DNA from: Lama glama
Taxonomy: Eukaryota
Length of the DNA stretch: 64,000 nt
Assembly (NCBI GenBank): GCA_028534125.1
Contig: CM052816.1
Coordinates: 12,960,001 to 13,024,000, forward strand
Reading direction: 5' to 3'
Shown piece after piece: positions 12,953 to 25,193 of the stretch. The notes under the pieces are model-generated. The model made no database searches and was not told the DNA's origin. It saw nothing but the letters and a program-made list of their open reading frames with translations. Position numbers and translations under genes: made by a program. Each line of letters opens with the position of its first letter. Position 1 is the stretch's first letter.

Positions 12953-14324
12953 ATTTAAAGTTTACTGTTAATTGGAGTCCCTGGCTAGGGAATGGGTCTG
13001 AGCAGGCTTTAGTCCTGACGTTCTTATGTTATGTTCCCCATGCTGGTAAGTGTGAAATGAGTGTACTTCCAAGTATGGTGGGCCCCACAGCCAACCACTA
13101 GGAACCAACAATCAGATGCCAAAATCAAGGTGAGGTTGCAATCGACTAAAACTGTCACTGAATAGAATCCAGGCATGTTCTTTTGGTAAGTGGAGGACCA
13201 TTTATTTTCTCTTTCTTCGTTTTTGGAGCCTGTTGATCATACGATTTATTCTGTAGTAACGGGTTAAATGGTTCAGAAACATCCTGTTTAAGCAGTGACT
13301 TGATGCAGCATGACTTACCTATATAACGTTCATAGAATGACATCAGTTATCATCAGGGGAAAAAAAATAGCTCATTCTTAAATAAAAGGGACCTGCCACT
13401 TAATTTGTGAATATGTGTGTGTGTGAGATCTCTTTGTCTTGGAGCATAAAAGGGAGAATGATTTCATGAGTTTCTTTGGTGTGCTGGAGCAGTCCGTCTT
13501 GTTTGCTAATGCTTATGATTTTGGGATAATTACTTTTTTGCTTATTAATCTACAGTTCTCTTATGATCTTAAGAATGTAGCTCATTAGTCATGGCTGTTC
13601 TCATATTGTACCTGAATTAACCACACCTCCAGAGATTCCATATCACTGTTGCTATTTGACCAAGTAGGAATGCTTAGAATTGGAACAAAACGTGGGCCAC
13701 TACCTAACAGAGATTGATTTGTGAATGTTTATAAACTGGTTGCTAGGTTTTCTGGGTGATATGCGACAGTAAAGGCCTTCATGGGAATCTCAAAACAGAG
13801 GAAATTTTCTGCCATTTATTCCACAGTCCCTTGTACAAAGATACTGAATTTAGGCTCTGTTTGTTCATTGTCAATGTTTGCACGTTCTCTCTTTGGTCTC
13901 TGAAAACCGTTTGAAACCAAATTTTTTTCTGTACATTTACACATGCAAGTAGCTTATGTAATCAAATATATATGTGTATAAACTGATTACTTAGAAAGTT
14001 GACAAAAATGAACAATTTTTAAGTGAATGGCTATCAATTGTCCTTGATTATTAAAATTCTCAACCAAAAGATAAAACTTCATCAGCATTCATGGGATCTG
14101 CTGAGTCTCTCCATGGATTTTAGCAGATTAAGTCTTAACTCTAATAGATTGGTTAAAGTCTTTGAGTTTTACTCTAAGCCCAGTTCTTTCCTTATTGTTC
14201 ATAAAACACTTACCCCCCATCCTGTGGGCTAAATGTTTACTAAGCCTCTATCATGTATGAGTACTGAGCACAAGGTTTTTTGGCAGCGATGGGACTGAGC
14301 ATGCCTTGCCTCCATGGCTCTAAC

Positions 14325-14530
14325 CATCTGGCAGTATGGTATAGACACTGATGAGTCACCAACATCCATTTCCTCTTCTTCCTGGTCAGACATTTTCAGC
14401 CTCCATTGCTGCTGCGTGGGACACGTGGCTGAGCTCTTCCAGTGAGTGGTACAGAGTGTGCACAACAATGCTGTGCATCGTTCCAGGCCTGGCCCCAAAA
14501 CCCTCCCATGTGTCTATCTCTGCACACACC
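14325..14530 (+). mobile_element. ERVL LTR fragment (LTR16-like)
   Basis: cattttcagcctcc...cacgtggctgagctctt...ttccaggcctggcccc. Confidence 0.55.
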
Positions 14531-15284
14531 ATCATGTTCTTTACACTTCCCTAACTAGTATACGAGGAAAGAAAGTAATTGGAAGAGTTATTGAAAGTGT
14601 TTTCAGTGACAAGAAGGTAAACTCTTGGACATGACCTTGTATAAGGAGAACCTTGAGTCTCAGGAAAGTTGCCAGAGAAAGACAAGAAAAAATATATATA
14701 CACACTTGGTTTGGCCATTTCTCGTTAAGTGTTAGTAGTTTTACTTAAATGGGGGGAGACCCTAAGAGAAATTCAGCTGGGTACAGTGGAGACAAAACTA
14801 TCAAATTAAGGGGGAGTGTGAGATCTTACATTTTCATTTCATCTGTATTAACACAGAAGGAATAAGCTAGAACATAAATGTTGATGTGTGTCTTTTGCAA
14901 TCTTAGGTCTACATAACAATAACTAATTGCTTATGTACACAGTGTTTGCCTCTTCTTCCTTTAGTCTTTGAAATCTTTGACTCTTGGGTAAAATATGTGC
15001 TTCAGTAAGGAGGATCTTACAGAATTGCTTTGTGTTTGAATAGAAGGTGGTCATTTTGGAATTGCTTTCAACAGTAATATACAAGAGTCAGGTGGGAGCT
15101 GTCTGCCAAAAGAGACAGAACAAGAGGGTTCTTTGTAGAGAATTTTAAAGCAACAATAAAACAAACTAAAAATTGGTCTGCTTATCATTATGCCTTTGCA
15201 CCAGTAATTCTAAACAATGCCTGTAATAAAATACTCTTTCTACCAGAGCAAACTGCTCACACAGCCCACTACATTTACCACCCA

Positions 15285-15800
15285 ACCCAGTTTAATAAAC
15301 TACTGGGCACCTTAAGTATCTATGAAGGACAGTTTTCAAGAGCTTTAAGTGTAACAAGAGATGCATCCTACTAGGAAATATAATCAGAATTTTTGAGAGT
15401 GCATTGCCCAAGAAAGTGAAACACGGGTTATTATTTCTGGCCTGAAAAGTGGAACCAGTGATTCCAGGAAGGCTTCATGCAAGAGCTTGTTCTTAAAATT
15501 TTAAAAAGACTTGAGCAATACAATACAAGTAAGAAGAAGAAAGCCACTCCAGGCATTGAGTAATGGCACACCTCAAAGCTAAATAAGTGAATCAAGAGTG
15601 GGAGATGACCGTAGATAGAACCTAGCAGACGACAGGTCAGTCATATTGGTGTAGTTGGCATGGGACTCGGATGACAAGGGTTAAAATTTTCTGTTGTGTT
15701 CGGAAGGAAGTTATCAGATCCCTGTGGGTATTAATACTACGTGGTCAAAGCAATGGTTCTAGAAATTCTACCACTCAGCTATGAATAAGTTGTGCTATGG
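15285..15800 (-). mobile_element. LINE-2, highly decayed
   Basis: tttaataaactactgggcacc start; caggaaggcttcatg; cactccaggca motifs. Confidence 0.5.
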
Positions 15801-18785
15801 AGCATATGGTCAGTCTTATGCTTGTCAGTTTTGTAGGCAGTGACTCTGGGGCCCTGTTACTCTGCAAGGCAGTTGTTTCATATAGCTGCAAAGTTGAGAA
15901 CCAGTCTTGACTGCATTGGCCTCCCGACAGTAGGTCTGAGCCCAGGAATAATATCAGATGTGGATGTAGTTTCCTAAGTGCCGGGTACCAAGTCTCAGTT
16001 TGACCTCTGCCTTCACAGGCTCTTGGTTTTGACCATCTCTTTTTCCATCACTGGACCTCATTCCAGTGAGGTATCATTTAAGGCTGACACCTCCCTTATG
16101 TGCCAAACCAGATGAAAGTGTTTACCAAGAAGCGTGTGGGCATTTCAGAGGGAGTATGGCTGCTTGGCTAAGACACACATAAAAGTTTAGGAGGTAGTAT
16201 GGCACTGAGAAAAATGAGCAATCGGTACCACTGTCAATAATGGGAACTACTTTAGTATCTAATGAACTTGTCATGGCATAAACCGGACATTAAATCTCAG
16301 TAAGAACTGAAGTGACTCTGCTTCTCACCCTCAAACATTGTTCATTCGTCCTCAGTGAGCTGTGATTTTTGTGCATGCTGCTGTCATGAATAAGCCATAA
16401 GACTACATCATTATATTGGCCAGTTTCAAAATGGGAGACATCGGTAATACAAGTGAGCTTGTTTCCGAGGGAGTCGTCCCCCTGTTGCAAATATGCGTTG
16501 CAGTTCTTTAGAGCAAACGGCGGATGGAAGGAATAGTCATGTCATCTGTTGTTAACCATCCTCCATTTGAGGCACAGCAATAAAACTGCCTTGGCAGGGA
16601 GCTAAGGAAAACTTAACCTAACAAAAGCTCTGTGCAAATTCCCATCCCTTCTGTGCCAACCAAACACACCAATGTTTGTCAAAACCTTTCCTTTCTTTTC
16701 TTTTTTTTTTCCTCCATGTTGCTTCCAAAAGCAGAGGCAGAGAGGAGAAACCACCCAGGAGGGGCTCTTGGGGGAATGATGAGGGACAGTATGCATTATT
16801 AAGGGGAAACCAGGGAAGCAAATGGGCACTGCATTTGAGCCAGAATTGCAGTTCTATCAGGATCCCCACGGGCGGGTCCAAAGGTCCCAGAATTCAAGGT
16901 GTAAGCTTTTTACACTAAGAAATGACAGAGCCCTCACCACTCAAATTCTCTAGGCAGACAAACTTGTCAGTGGAATTTTAAACAAGTTTTGGCAAGTTTC
17001 CAAACCTTGAATTTAAAAACAAAAATCCATTAAATAAAATCCTTTCCGAAGAGCAGCAATTCTTTCATCATGGCTGAAATTTTTTAATGTGCTTCTTGGA
17101 GGCATAAACAATCAACGCAGCCATTAATTTGGAGGCCTGCCTCCCTGGCAGTGGTGCAAATTGAAGACTAATCGTTCGAAAGATATTCTGACTAATCAGG
17201 TCGCGGGGAAAATGAATAGTGCTCCGCGTAGTCCAGCCAGAGGCTTTGTTTTGCTGTGAGTTTTAATTTAAGAGGAAAAAAAAAAAAAAACGGAGAGAAA
17301 ACAGAAAATGTCAGCACTGCTTTTCCCGATGACACTTCGGTAAACTTTGCCAATAATGATATTTTTATTAGATTCAAATATCTGGGGGCCCTTTGAATTT
17401 ATTGTAGCCTTGTGTCCTTTTGTTTTTCTTTCGCATTCTTCTATGTATACATAGTACATTTAGGTTTTTGGAGGATAAAAATTTGTGTAAGTCTCCAGTG
17501 CTTGGAACTTATTTATGTAAACACTTCTCTCCGTTTCTGGCGCTGTATCGTTGCATTGTAGAGCTGGTGATTTTCTGTAAGTTGCTGCTTATCATTTAGG
17601 TTTTCTGCCTCCTGGTGAATCAAGTTATGGTCAAGGAATTCCTTTGTTCAGGGAGTTGCTCTGACAAAGCTTCTACACTTTCTCTCAGTTGATCTAAGAC
17701 TTACCTTCCATCCCAACTTGGGTTTCTCTCTCTGGGTGGTGGCCAGATAGCCAACAGACAGAGAAAGGGGAGCCTCAGTAATATTTTATAGGAGGCTGAG
17801 TGCATGACTGGAACTCCACGAGCTGGAGTGTAGACAGCGTCTTCTCAGTTACTGAGACCTGTGTGTCACTGATTTGAAACCTTAGACTGCTTTCTTGAAC
17901 ATCCATCAAATCACAGTTATCACCAGGTCTTTTGTGTTAAAGACAAAGCAAAACAAAACAAATGCCGGGTAGAGCCATAACTAGTATTTTTTTCTCAACC
18001 AAAAAAGATGGGGTAGAGGGAAGGTACAGTAACATTTGCGATTTATAGACCAACAGCCCGTGAAAAGTTCAGACCACCAGCTGAGAAACGTGGGTATCGA
18101 TGCTGATTTCTAAGACATTATTGAGCCCCGAGGCCTTAAAACGATGACTTACAACATCATTATTTTCTAAGCCTGGGTTCTGTGGATGTGTTTAAGACAT
18201 GTTTTGGCTGTGGATCTCCATTCCTGCTCACCATCATCTGGAGAGCTTACGTCTCATTTTGCAGTTTCCAGCTCTGAGCTCTTGGGCATAGTATGAGGTC
18301 CTGTCTTTTGTCTTGCTGGCTTCCAGGACCCTCCAGGACAGGTTGAGAAGCCTTTATCCTTCTCCTGGTGCAACTTCCTACCCATGATAGACAAATCCTT
18401 ACAGAACACAGGCACCACCCATTTGACCCTCCTGTTGCCTTAAGCTAGTAACTTTGTCACTTAAGCTCATTAATGGTGTGAAAGAGATTTAGCTCAAATA
18501 ATGCTCAGTGGTGGACGTAGCCTGCAGGAGTGCTTGGAATTAAGGAGGGAGGAGTCTCAGCCTTACTGTCACTCACAGTGACATCCAGCTCTGAAATAGG
18601 TAGCTGCCCTCCCAGACGGAGGCACCACCTCACATGGAGCGTTGCCCAGTCTCTTTTTGTTCAAATAGTATTTGTGATCCTAAAAGCTGGGTCCTACTGG
18701 TATGGGCACCATTCAACACTGAGCACCCCTTCTGGGCAGAGTTAATATCAGATAATTGTAGGGGCAACTACCTTCCTTAAGTGTC

Positions 18786-18917
18786 TAGTTTGACCATATA
18801 AGTTACCATTCAAACCTGGGCACCTGTGAGACGGAAAGCGGGCAATAGTAATAACGCACTGCAACAACAGCCCAGGACAGATCTCCCTGGGAAAACGGAA
18901 ACATCTTGCCATCCGAC
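18786..18917. mobile_element. hAT-Blackjack MITE (MER94-like)
   Basis: tgaccatataagttaccattcaaacctgggcacctgtgagacggaaagcgggc matches the remembered consensus. Confidence 0.65.
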
Positions 18918-19099
18918 TTACGACCTACATATGGGTACCACGTGCCATACATCTCTCCCTGTACCAATCAGCTGTGGTCAGTAGCAGGTTGATTTTATGA
19001 AAAACTTAAGTTACTAGTCATATAAAGTTATGGAGGAAGGAACCTGTTTGGGAAGTTCACTGTAAAGGGGGAAACCTGAGTTCCAACCCTAAGATATAC

Positions 19100-19318
19100 C
19101 CTATCCAACCAATTGTCAAGTCTGGCTAATTCTACCTCCTAAAGGTCTCTCTCACACATCCCCATTTCTCTATCCCCACTGCCCTCGCTTTGGTTGCAGC
19201 CACCATCATCGTTCTGCTAGATTACTACAGCCTTCTAAATGTTCTCCCCACTCCAGTCTTGCCCTCCTCCATCCAATTCTCTAGGCATCAGACAGAGCAA
19301 TCTTCCTGAAACCAAACC
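19100..19318 (+). mobile_element. LINE-2 fragment (probably continues ~20040-20240)
   Basis: caagtct...ttctacctcctaaa...tccccactgcc...caccatcatc...ctagattactacagcc; 3' tail gaatgaatgaat at ~20230. Confidence 0.7.
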
Positions 19319-19960
19319 AGGCAGCATTCTAGGCACAGGGGATCCAGAAGTAAATGACAAGACGAGGTCATGTTTCCAAGATACTTACCATTTAGCATTC
19401 AAGACAGATAATGAACAAGTAAACTAATAAATAATAATTTCGGACTTCGATAAGAGCCATGGAGGTGTGCTCCAGAAGGAGGTGATAGGGAGTAAGGGGA
19501 GCAGGGAGGAGGTAAATGAAGGTGGTCAGGGAAACCTCTCTGGCACAGTGAGATTTGAAAGATGAGAGGAGACAGCCATATTGAGTGCCAGGAAAGGGGC
19601 ATCCCAGCCAATGGGAAGAGGGACATTAAAAACCCAAAAGCAGGATGCTCGCAGGTGTTCTCAAGAAGCAGACCTGTGCACCTAGCACACACTGACCAAG
19701 GGGCAGAGCGAAAAGCAAACAAGCTAAGAGGGTAGACAAGGGCCAGGTCGCCTAATGCCTTGTCAAAAGGAAGAAGTTTGCATTGCTCTTAAGATAAAAA
19801 TCCAAAGCTGCTGAGCGCTGAGCAGAGGAACTGATAGAACTAACGATCCTTTTTATTTAAGCTGACTCTTACTTCTATGTGAAGAATAGACTGTGAGTAA
19901 AAGGGACACAGATGAGAAGCCTAGATCCCCATTCAGATGAGAGAGGGTGGTGGCTAGGGG
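19319..19960 (-). mobile_element. LINE-2 (L2a-like)
   Basis: attctaggcacaggggatccag...ggtggtcagggaaacctctctg...gaatagactg...agatgagagagggtggtggct. Confidence 0.8.
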
Positions 19961-20512
19961 AAAGGAATGAAGCTTTTTGATATTTTATCACATTGGAGGT
20001 ATTTGTGGCTATGTATATAAACTTTCACAGCTAAGGATACATCTTTGACATATGTCCCACTCCCCTTTCATTATTCTCTTGAATGCATAAGTGTCACCAT
20101 ACTTGTATTTCATTTAGTGTTTGTTGAGGCTTCATCCTTTGAAAAACAGATTTTTGATTTGTGTTTGTTGTTGTCATAGCATCGTATACATGTTTATACT
20201 GGCAAAGTATGAGGTACTTAATTTTAGAGAATGAATGAATATTAAAATTCCAGAAAGACCAACAAATGCCTAGAAAATGGCTAGAAAAATCTGCCCCGAT
20301 ACGTCTAAAACTTGCCTCCTGATGTTAATTTTTGATTTGGAAAATCATGAGTATTTAAACCCACTGCTCTATGATGTTGAGCACTTTCCCTGATTGCAGT
20401 GGCTCTCTGATGGCCAACAGAATAAAGAAGTTGTTAATTTGGGGGTAAATAATCTAGCGTTGTTTCAAAGTGAAGGGACTGTACTCTTCAGTATTTGGTG
20501 AAGTGAATGCCA

Positions 20513-20552
20513 GATGGATGGATGGATGGATGGATGGATGGATGGATGGATG
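20513..20552. repeat. (GATG)10 microsatellite
   Basis: read directly from sequence. Confidence 0.97.
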
Positions 20553-21948
20553 TGGATAGGGTTATATGTGCAGAAAATGGGGGTACATGCAGATAGCCAT
20601 GTATCTGTCAGTTCACGTGTCTCCTCAAATATACAAGTCCACGCGACGGAGGGCAGTCTGTTGCTTGTAAAGGCTGTTAAACGATGTGAAATCCTGCCTA
20701 CCCACTGTTCTTTAAGAAGTTAAGATCTATATTCTTTGTGTACAATTTGCTTGTTCTCCCCAAGGAGCAGTGTCAGTTGGTACTTCGCTGGTTGAATCCT
20801 AGTTTGATCTTGTTCAAGGATCGGGCAGTTGCTTGTTCACAGAGCAACAGAAATGCTTTTCCTGACTCTCTTGATAATGTCCCCATGTGTGAGGAAGACA
20901 CATGCAATACAGATGTGTCGGGGCCATTTTCAGCATGCTGGCTGTCGGAAGTCTGCAGGAGGAAATACCTTCTTGATTAAATTCTCCAAGGCTGACATTT
21001 TCTGTTGTTCGGCCTGCTGAATGATTTCACATGTGTTTTCTGCAGAGTCAGAATTCTTTTGCGGTGTTACAGGATGGTTATTTGCTTGGCAGCGTGACGT
21101 TCTTTTGGCCACTGGGGTGGGGAAGTCGTTTGAATTGTGTGAATAACAGGCAATTTCAGTGAGGCAGAGAGACATGTTCCTTCTTGGTCATTTGAAATAC
21201 ATTTTTAGGTCAAATAATTATGACATGAGGAAAAGATTACACCATCATTTAATGAATTTCAGATTTTTGCAAGAGTTCTACGCCCACCCCTACCTCCCAT
21301 TTTTCTTCTTAAGGAACAGCTCTAAAATAGAGTTTTAAAGATTTCAACTCTCACACCCAGTAGCCCCCTGGGATTCTGCCTTTTTGTGGGTACATGGCCT
21401 TGACCTTACCTGCAAATCATCTCCTTGGATTAGTTTTCGCTAGACATGCCCCTGGGGAAAAATATTGTCCAAAAAAAGGTCCTGTTCTAGACCCACCCAG
21501 AATGACATAATATTAAGTGTTTTCCATATTCAACAGTGATACTGTTTTGAGAACTCACAGCCGGTTTGAATTTAGTTAAGTCCAATGTTTTCTTTCTCTT
21601 TTTGGTTCATAATTTCCCAGGGGCCTGCTACCTTTGTGCTGAGCTTAAAATGTCGCATTCTCCAGCAGGGAACACTCTCTGGTATATTTAAAGCAATTAG
21701 TATGAGAAGTTCAGTTGTAGACAAAGATAAAAGATCAGATTTCAGTTAGCTATGGAAATCTTTATTGCATTAAAGATAAAATAATTATGAAATACATTAT
21801 TGTAAAGTTATTTTATAAATTGAAGATAAGAGAGAAGTCATCGTATGGGCTCTATTTTCCTCTAGCGTCAATGTTTCTCTTAATCCTCTCAAACGCTGAG
21901 TTGCAGACTCTTACTCCTGTGTGAGGTGTTTGTGGCTGTGCTACAAAT

Positions 21949-22045
21949 GGGGTAACCACCTGGGGCTGAGGGGTTCCCTGGGACGTGGGACTTGCAGCTA
22001 AATGTGGGCAAGTCCCAGGCAAGCTGGAACAAAGGGGTCACTCTT
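21949..22045. mobile_element. hAT-Blackjack MITE (MER81-like)
   Basis: ggggctgaggggttccctgggacgtgggactt...gtcccaggcaagctgg...ggtcactct. Confidence 0.7.
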
Positions 22046-22079
22046 GACGTTATCCATCTATTTAATGGCCCCAAAATGA

Positions 22080-22900
22080 CCATTTCTCGTTGTTCTGTGG
22101 GCAGACGGGGTGGGGGTTCTGCTGTTTTCGTGGGAGCTCTCAGGTTGGCTGCTTGGCTGAGGCTGGATGGGGTAAGATGTCTGCGACCTCAGCCTCCATA
22201 TGATTTTTCATCACAGACTCGGGGCCCAGGGCCCAGAGTGGAAGTTGAAGACCCTCTTGAGAGTGTGCTCAGAAGTTACAACTTGCCACTTGTACCACAT
22301 TTAGTGATCAGGACACGAGGCCAGCCCAACCATGGGGAAATAGATTTCACCTTTTAAAAAATGTTTATTGAAATATAGCTGACATATACATTATGTTAGT
22401 TTCAGGTGTACCACCTAGAGATTGGGCATTTGCCTACATTATGAAATGACCACCATGATAATTCTAGTAATGATCTGTCCTCATCCAAAGTCATCATGAT
22501 ATTATTGACCTTATGCTATGTATTACACCCCCATGGCTGATTTATTTGACAACTATAGGTTTGTACTTCTTAATCCTCTTCAACTGTTTCACTCACCCTC
22601 CCCTCTGGCCACCATCCATGTGTTCTCTGTATCTAGGAGTCTGTTTTCATTTTATTTTGTTTGTTTTGTTTTTTAGATTCTGCATATAAGTGAGATCATA
22701 TATAGTAGGTATTTGCCTTTCTCTGTCTTATTTCATTTACCATAATACCCTCTAGATTCGTCCATGTTGTCACAAATGGCAATGTTTCTTTTTCATGGCT
22801 AAGTAATACTCCATTGTGTATATATGTGTGTGTGTGTGTACACATTGTGTGTATATGTATTTGATGGGAGGAGTTAAAGACAATATGGTCATCTTTAACC
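22080..22900 (-). mobile_element. MLT1 MaLR solo LTR split by an L1 insertion
   Basis: ggggaaatagatttcacc (to 22351) resumes as ttgatgggaggag (22861), as in MLT1 consensus. Confidence 0.7.
22352..22860 (-). mobile_element. LINE-1 3' end (L1MA9-like), 5'-truncated
   Basis: tttattgaaatatagctgaca...ttttagattctgcatataagtgagatcat...tccatgttgtcacaaatggcaa. Confidence 0.9.
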
Positions 22901-22929
22901 TCTGAGAGTTCAAAAGGCAGTTGCTCTAA

Positions 22930-23490
22930 GTCCGTTGTTTCCCAAGTGTGGGGGTCCCTGAGACCCTCTTAGGGAGTCCATGAAGTCAAAACTATTTTTA
23001 CAACACCAGGGATTATTGCTTTTTTCCACTTTCATTTTCTCTTGAGTATAAGGTGGCGTTTTCCAGAAGTTATATGATATTGCATCAGGTTTTAGGGGAA
23101 GCAGATACAAGAATTCCACTTTTCTACTGAGACATTAAAGAGACTTGAAAAAAATGTGCAATAATGACAGTCTTCTCTATTATTCTTGTTTTTTAAAAAG
23201 TTATTTTTCATTAAATTTTGTTTAGGTTGGCCTGTAGTGTTTGCTGTGATTTTTAAATTAATACACAAATATTTTTGAATGTTCTCATTTAATTTTTCAT
23301 ATTAATAAAATAAGTGAAGTCATTAATACACAATTATTTTTAAAGTTTCTCATTTAGTTTTTCATATTAACAAAATAAGCTTTATTTTAATTTAATTTTA
23401 ATTAAAATGAATTAAGTTCACAAACTATAGCTCTTTGGGGTCCTCAGTTTAAGAGGGAATTCTGAGAACAAAACATTTGAGAATGATTTT
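22930..23490. mobile_element. hAT-Charlie element (Charlie4a/MER113-like)
   Basis: cccaagtgtgggggtccctgagaccct...gtcaaaactatttt start; gctctttggggtcctca...tttgagaa end. Confidence 0.65.
23257..23379 (+). repeat. Tandem duplication, 2 x 58 bp, period 65
   Basis: 23257-23314 vs 23322-23379, 52/58 identical. Confidence 0.9.
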
Positions 23491-23494
23491 CATC

Positions 23495-23700
23495 ATCTTT
23501 CCTACTGCCATTTGCTGAGCCTGCGCCATTTCCTACACATTCTCTCTTAATCCTCCCAGTAACCCCACTGGAAGGTACTCCATTCACCCCCAGCCCTCAG
23601 AAGCATAGACAGGTGCTCCAAATCATTAGTCACCCAGTTCGCGTGCTGCGGGGCTAGAACTTGAAGCTAGTTCTATCTGACTCCAAAACCAAGCTTTGAG
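23495..23700 (-). mobile_element. MIR SINE
   Basis: catttgctgagc...taatcctcccagtaacccc...ctatctgactccaaaacc. Confidence 0.7.
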
Positions 23701-24124
23701 GAAGAAATAATGTCCTTGCCTGGAATACACCTTTTGCTTTACTGGATAGAGAGAGATTGAAGCAGAGGTGGAGAGAACCAGATGAATTATTTGAGATGTC
23801 TCAGGTAGCCAAAAACCATGCCTTTCTGCTGTCTGTTCCACTTGTCATAGCGACTTATCTTTTCAAATTGCAACTTGGTGAGAAAGGAATTCCTACAAAT
23901 TCAAATGATATTCTAAACCTGGTGGGGTTTTTTTTCCCCTTATAACAAGGCATTTCTAATAGTACGTTATGCAAACCCTACTGAACACTCAATCAAGAAA
24001 GAAACGTTTGTTTGTCTGACTGTCACATTCTAAATTGCAGAAATAAATGTGCGTCACCCTAAATACATTTTCCAATTGCTTTCTACATCAGCTGGTGCAT
24101 TTTGTTCGAGTCTCTTTTGTAATA

Positions 24125-24372
24125 GTAAAACAATTACAATAGTAAACAAAAAATTACTGAATACTCTGTGCCAGTCACTGAGAGGAACACGATGTCATGA
24201 TCTCTCTAAATCCTCAAAAGAATTCTCAATCAGGCAGCGGGTGCTCCTGCCTGCCTTGAAGATACGGAGACAGGCTTGCAGAGCGGAAGTCACTTGCCTG
24301 AGGTCACCCAGCTAGTAGGTAGCTGGTAAGTCAGGAGTCAAACCCAGTTCACGGTGGTTGCCAGTCTCAGAT
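24125..24372 (-). mobile_element. MIR SINE
   Basis: aagtcacttgcctgaggtcacccagctagtaggt...tcaaacccag. Confidence 0.8.
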
Positions 24373-24693
24373 TCTTTTTTTTTTTTATGTTGTATATGTT
24401 AAAATTTAATCCATGAGGAGAGTGACTGACACTATTTAAAATTTGTAAGATCAATGACAAGGCAGCTAGAAGCCTGGTGGAAGGGATCCTGTCCCTAGTT
24501 GCTTGTGAGGTGGATTACCTCGAGTTGAGACTTGTGACAGAACGCTCTCATTCATCATTTCCCCAAGGCCTCTTTCCTTCACTGAGTTGTCTGATATTTT
24601 GTTAAAGTCCACCATATTGAATGTGTTTGTAAGTTACTTTTGTTTGGATTTCCTGGCAACGGATGAGGCAAAATATATTACTGCAAACCCTGC

Positions 24694-25193
24694 NNNNNNN
24701 NNNNNNNNNNNNNNNNNNNNNNNNNNNNNNNNNNNNNNNNNNNNNNNNNNNNNNNNNNNNNNNNNNNNNNNNNNNNNNNNNNNNNNNNNNNNNNNNNNNN
24801 NNNNNNNNNNNNNNNNNNNNNNNNNNNNNNNNNNNNNNNNNNNNNNNNNNNNNNNNNNNNNNNNNNNNNNNNNNNNNNNNNNNNNNNNNNNNNNNNNNNN
24901 NNNNNNNNNNNNNNNNNNNNNNNNNNNNNNNNNNNNNNNNNNNNNNNNNNNNNNNNNNNNNNNNNNNNNNNNNNNNNNNNNNNNNNNNNNNNNNNNNNNN
25001 NNNNNNNNNNNNNNNNNNNNNNNNNNNNNNNNNNNNNNNNNNNNNNNNNNNNNNNNNNNNNNNNNNNNNNNNNNNNNNNNNNNNNNNNNNNNNNNNNNNN
25101 NNNNNNNNNNNNNNNNNNNNNNNNNNNNNNNNNNNNNNNNNNNNNNNNNNNNNNNNNNNNNNNNNNNNNNNNNNNNNNNNNNNNNNNNNNNNN
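24694..25193. other. Assembly gap (500 N)
   Basis: exactly 500 N. Confidence 1.

Noticed and set aside
22955..22976. miR-125-like sequence TCCCTGAGACCCT
   Set aside because: Only the first 13 nt match. It lies in the end of a hAT transposon and has no miR-125 precursor context.
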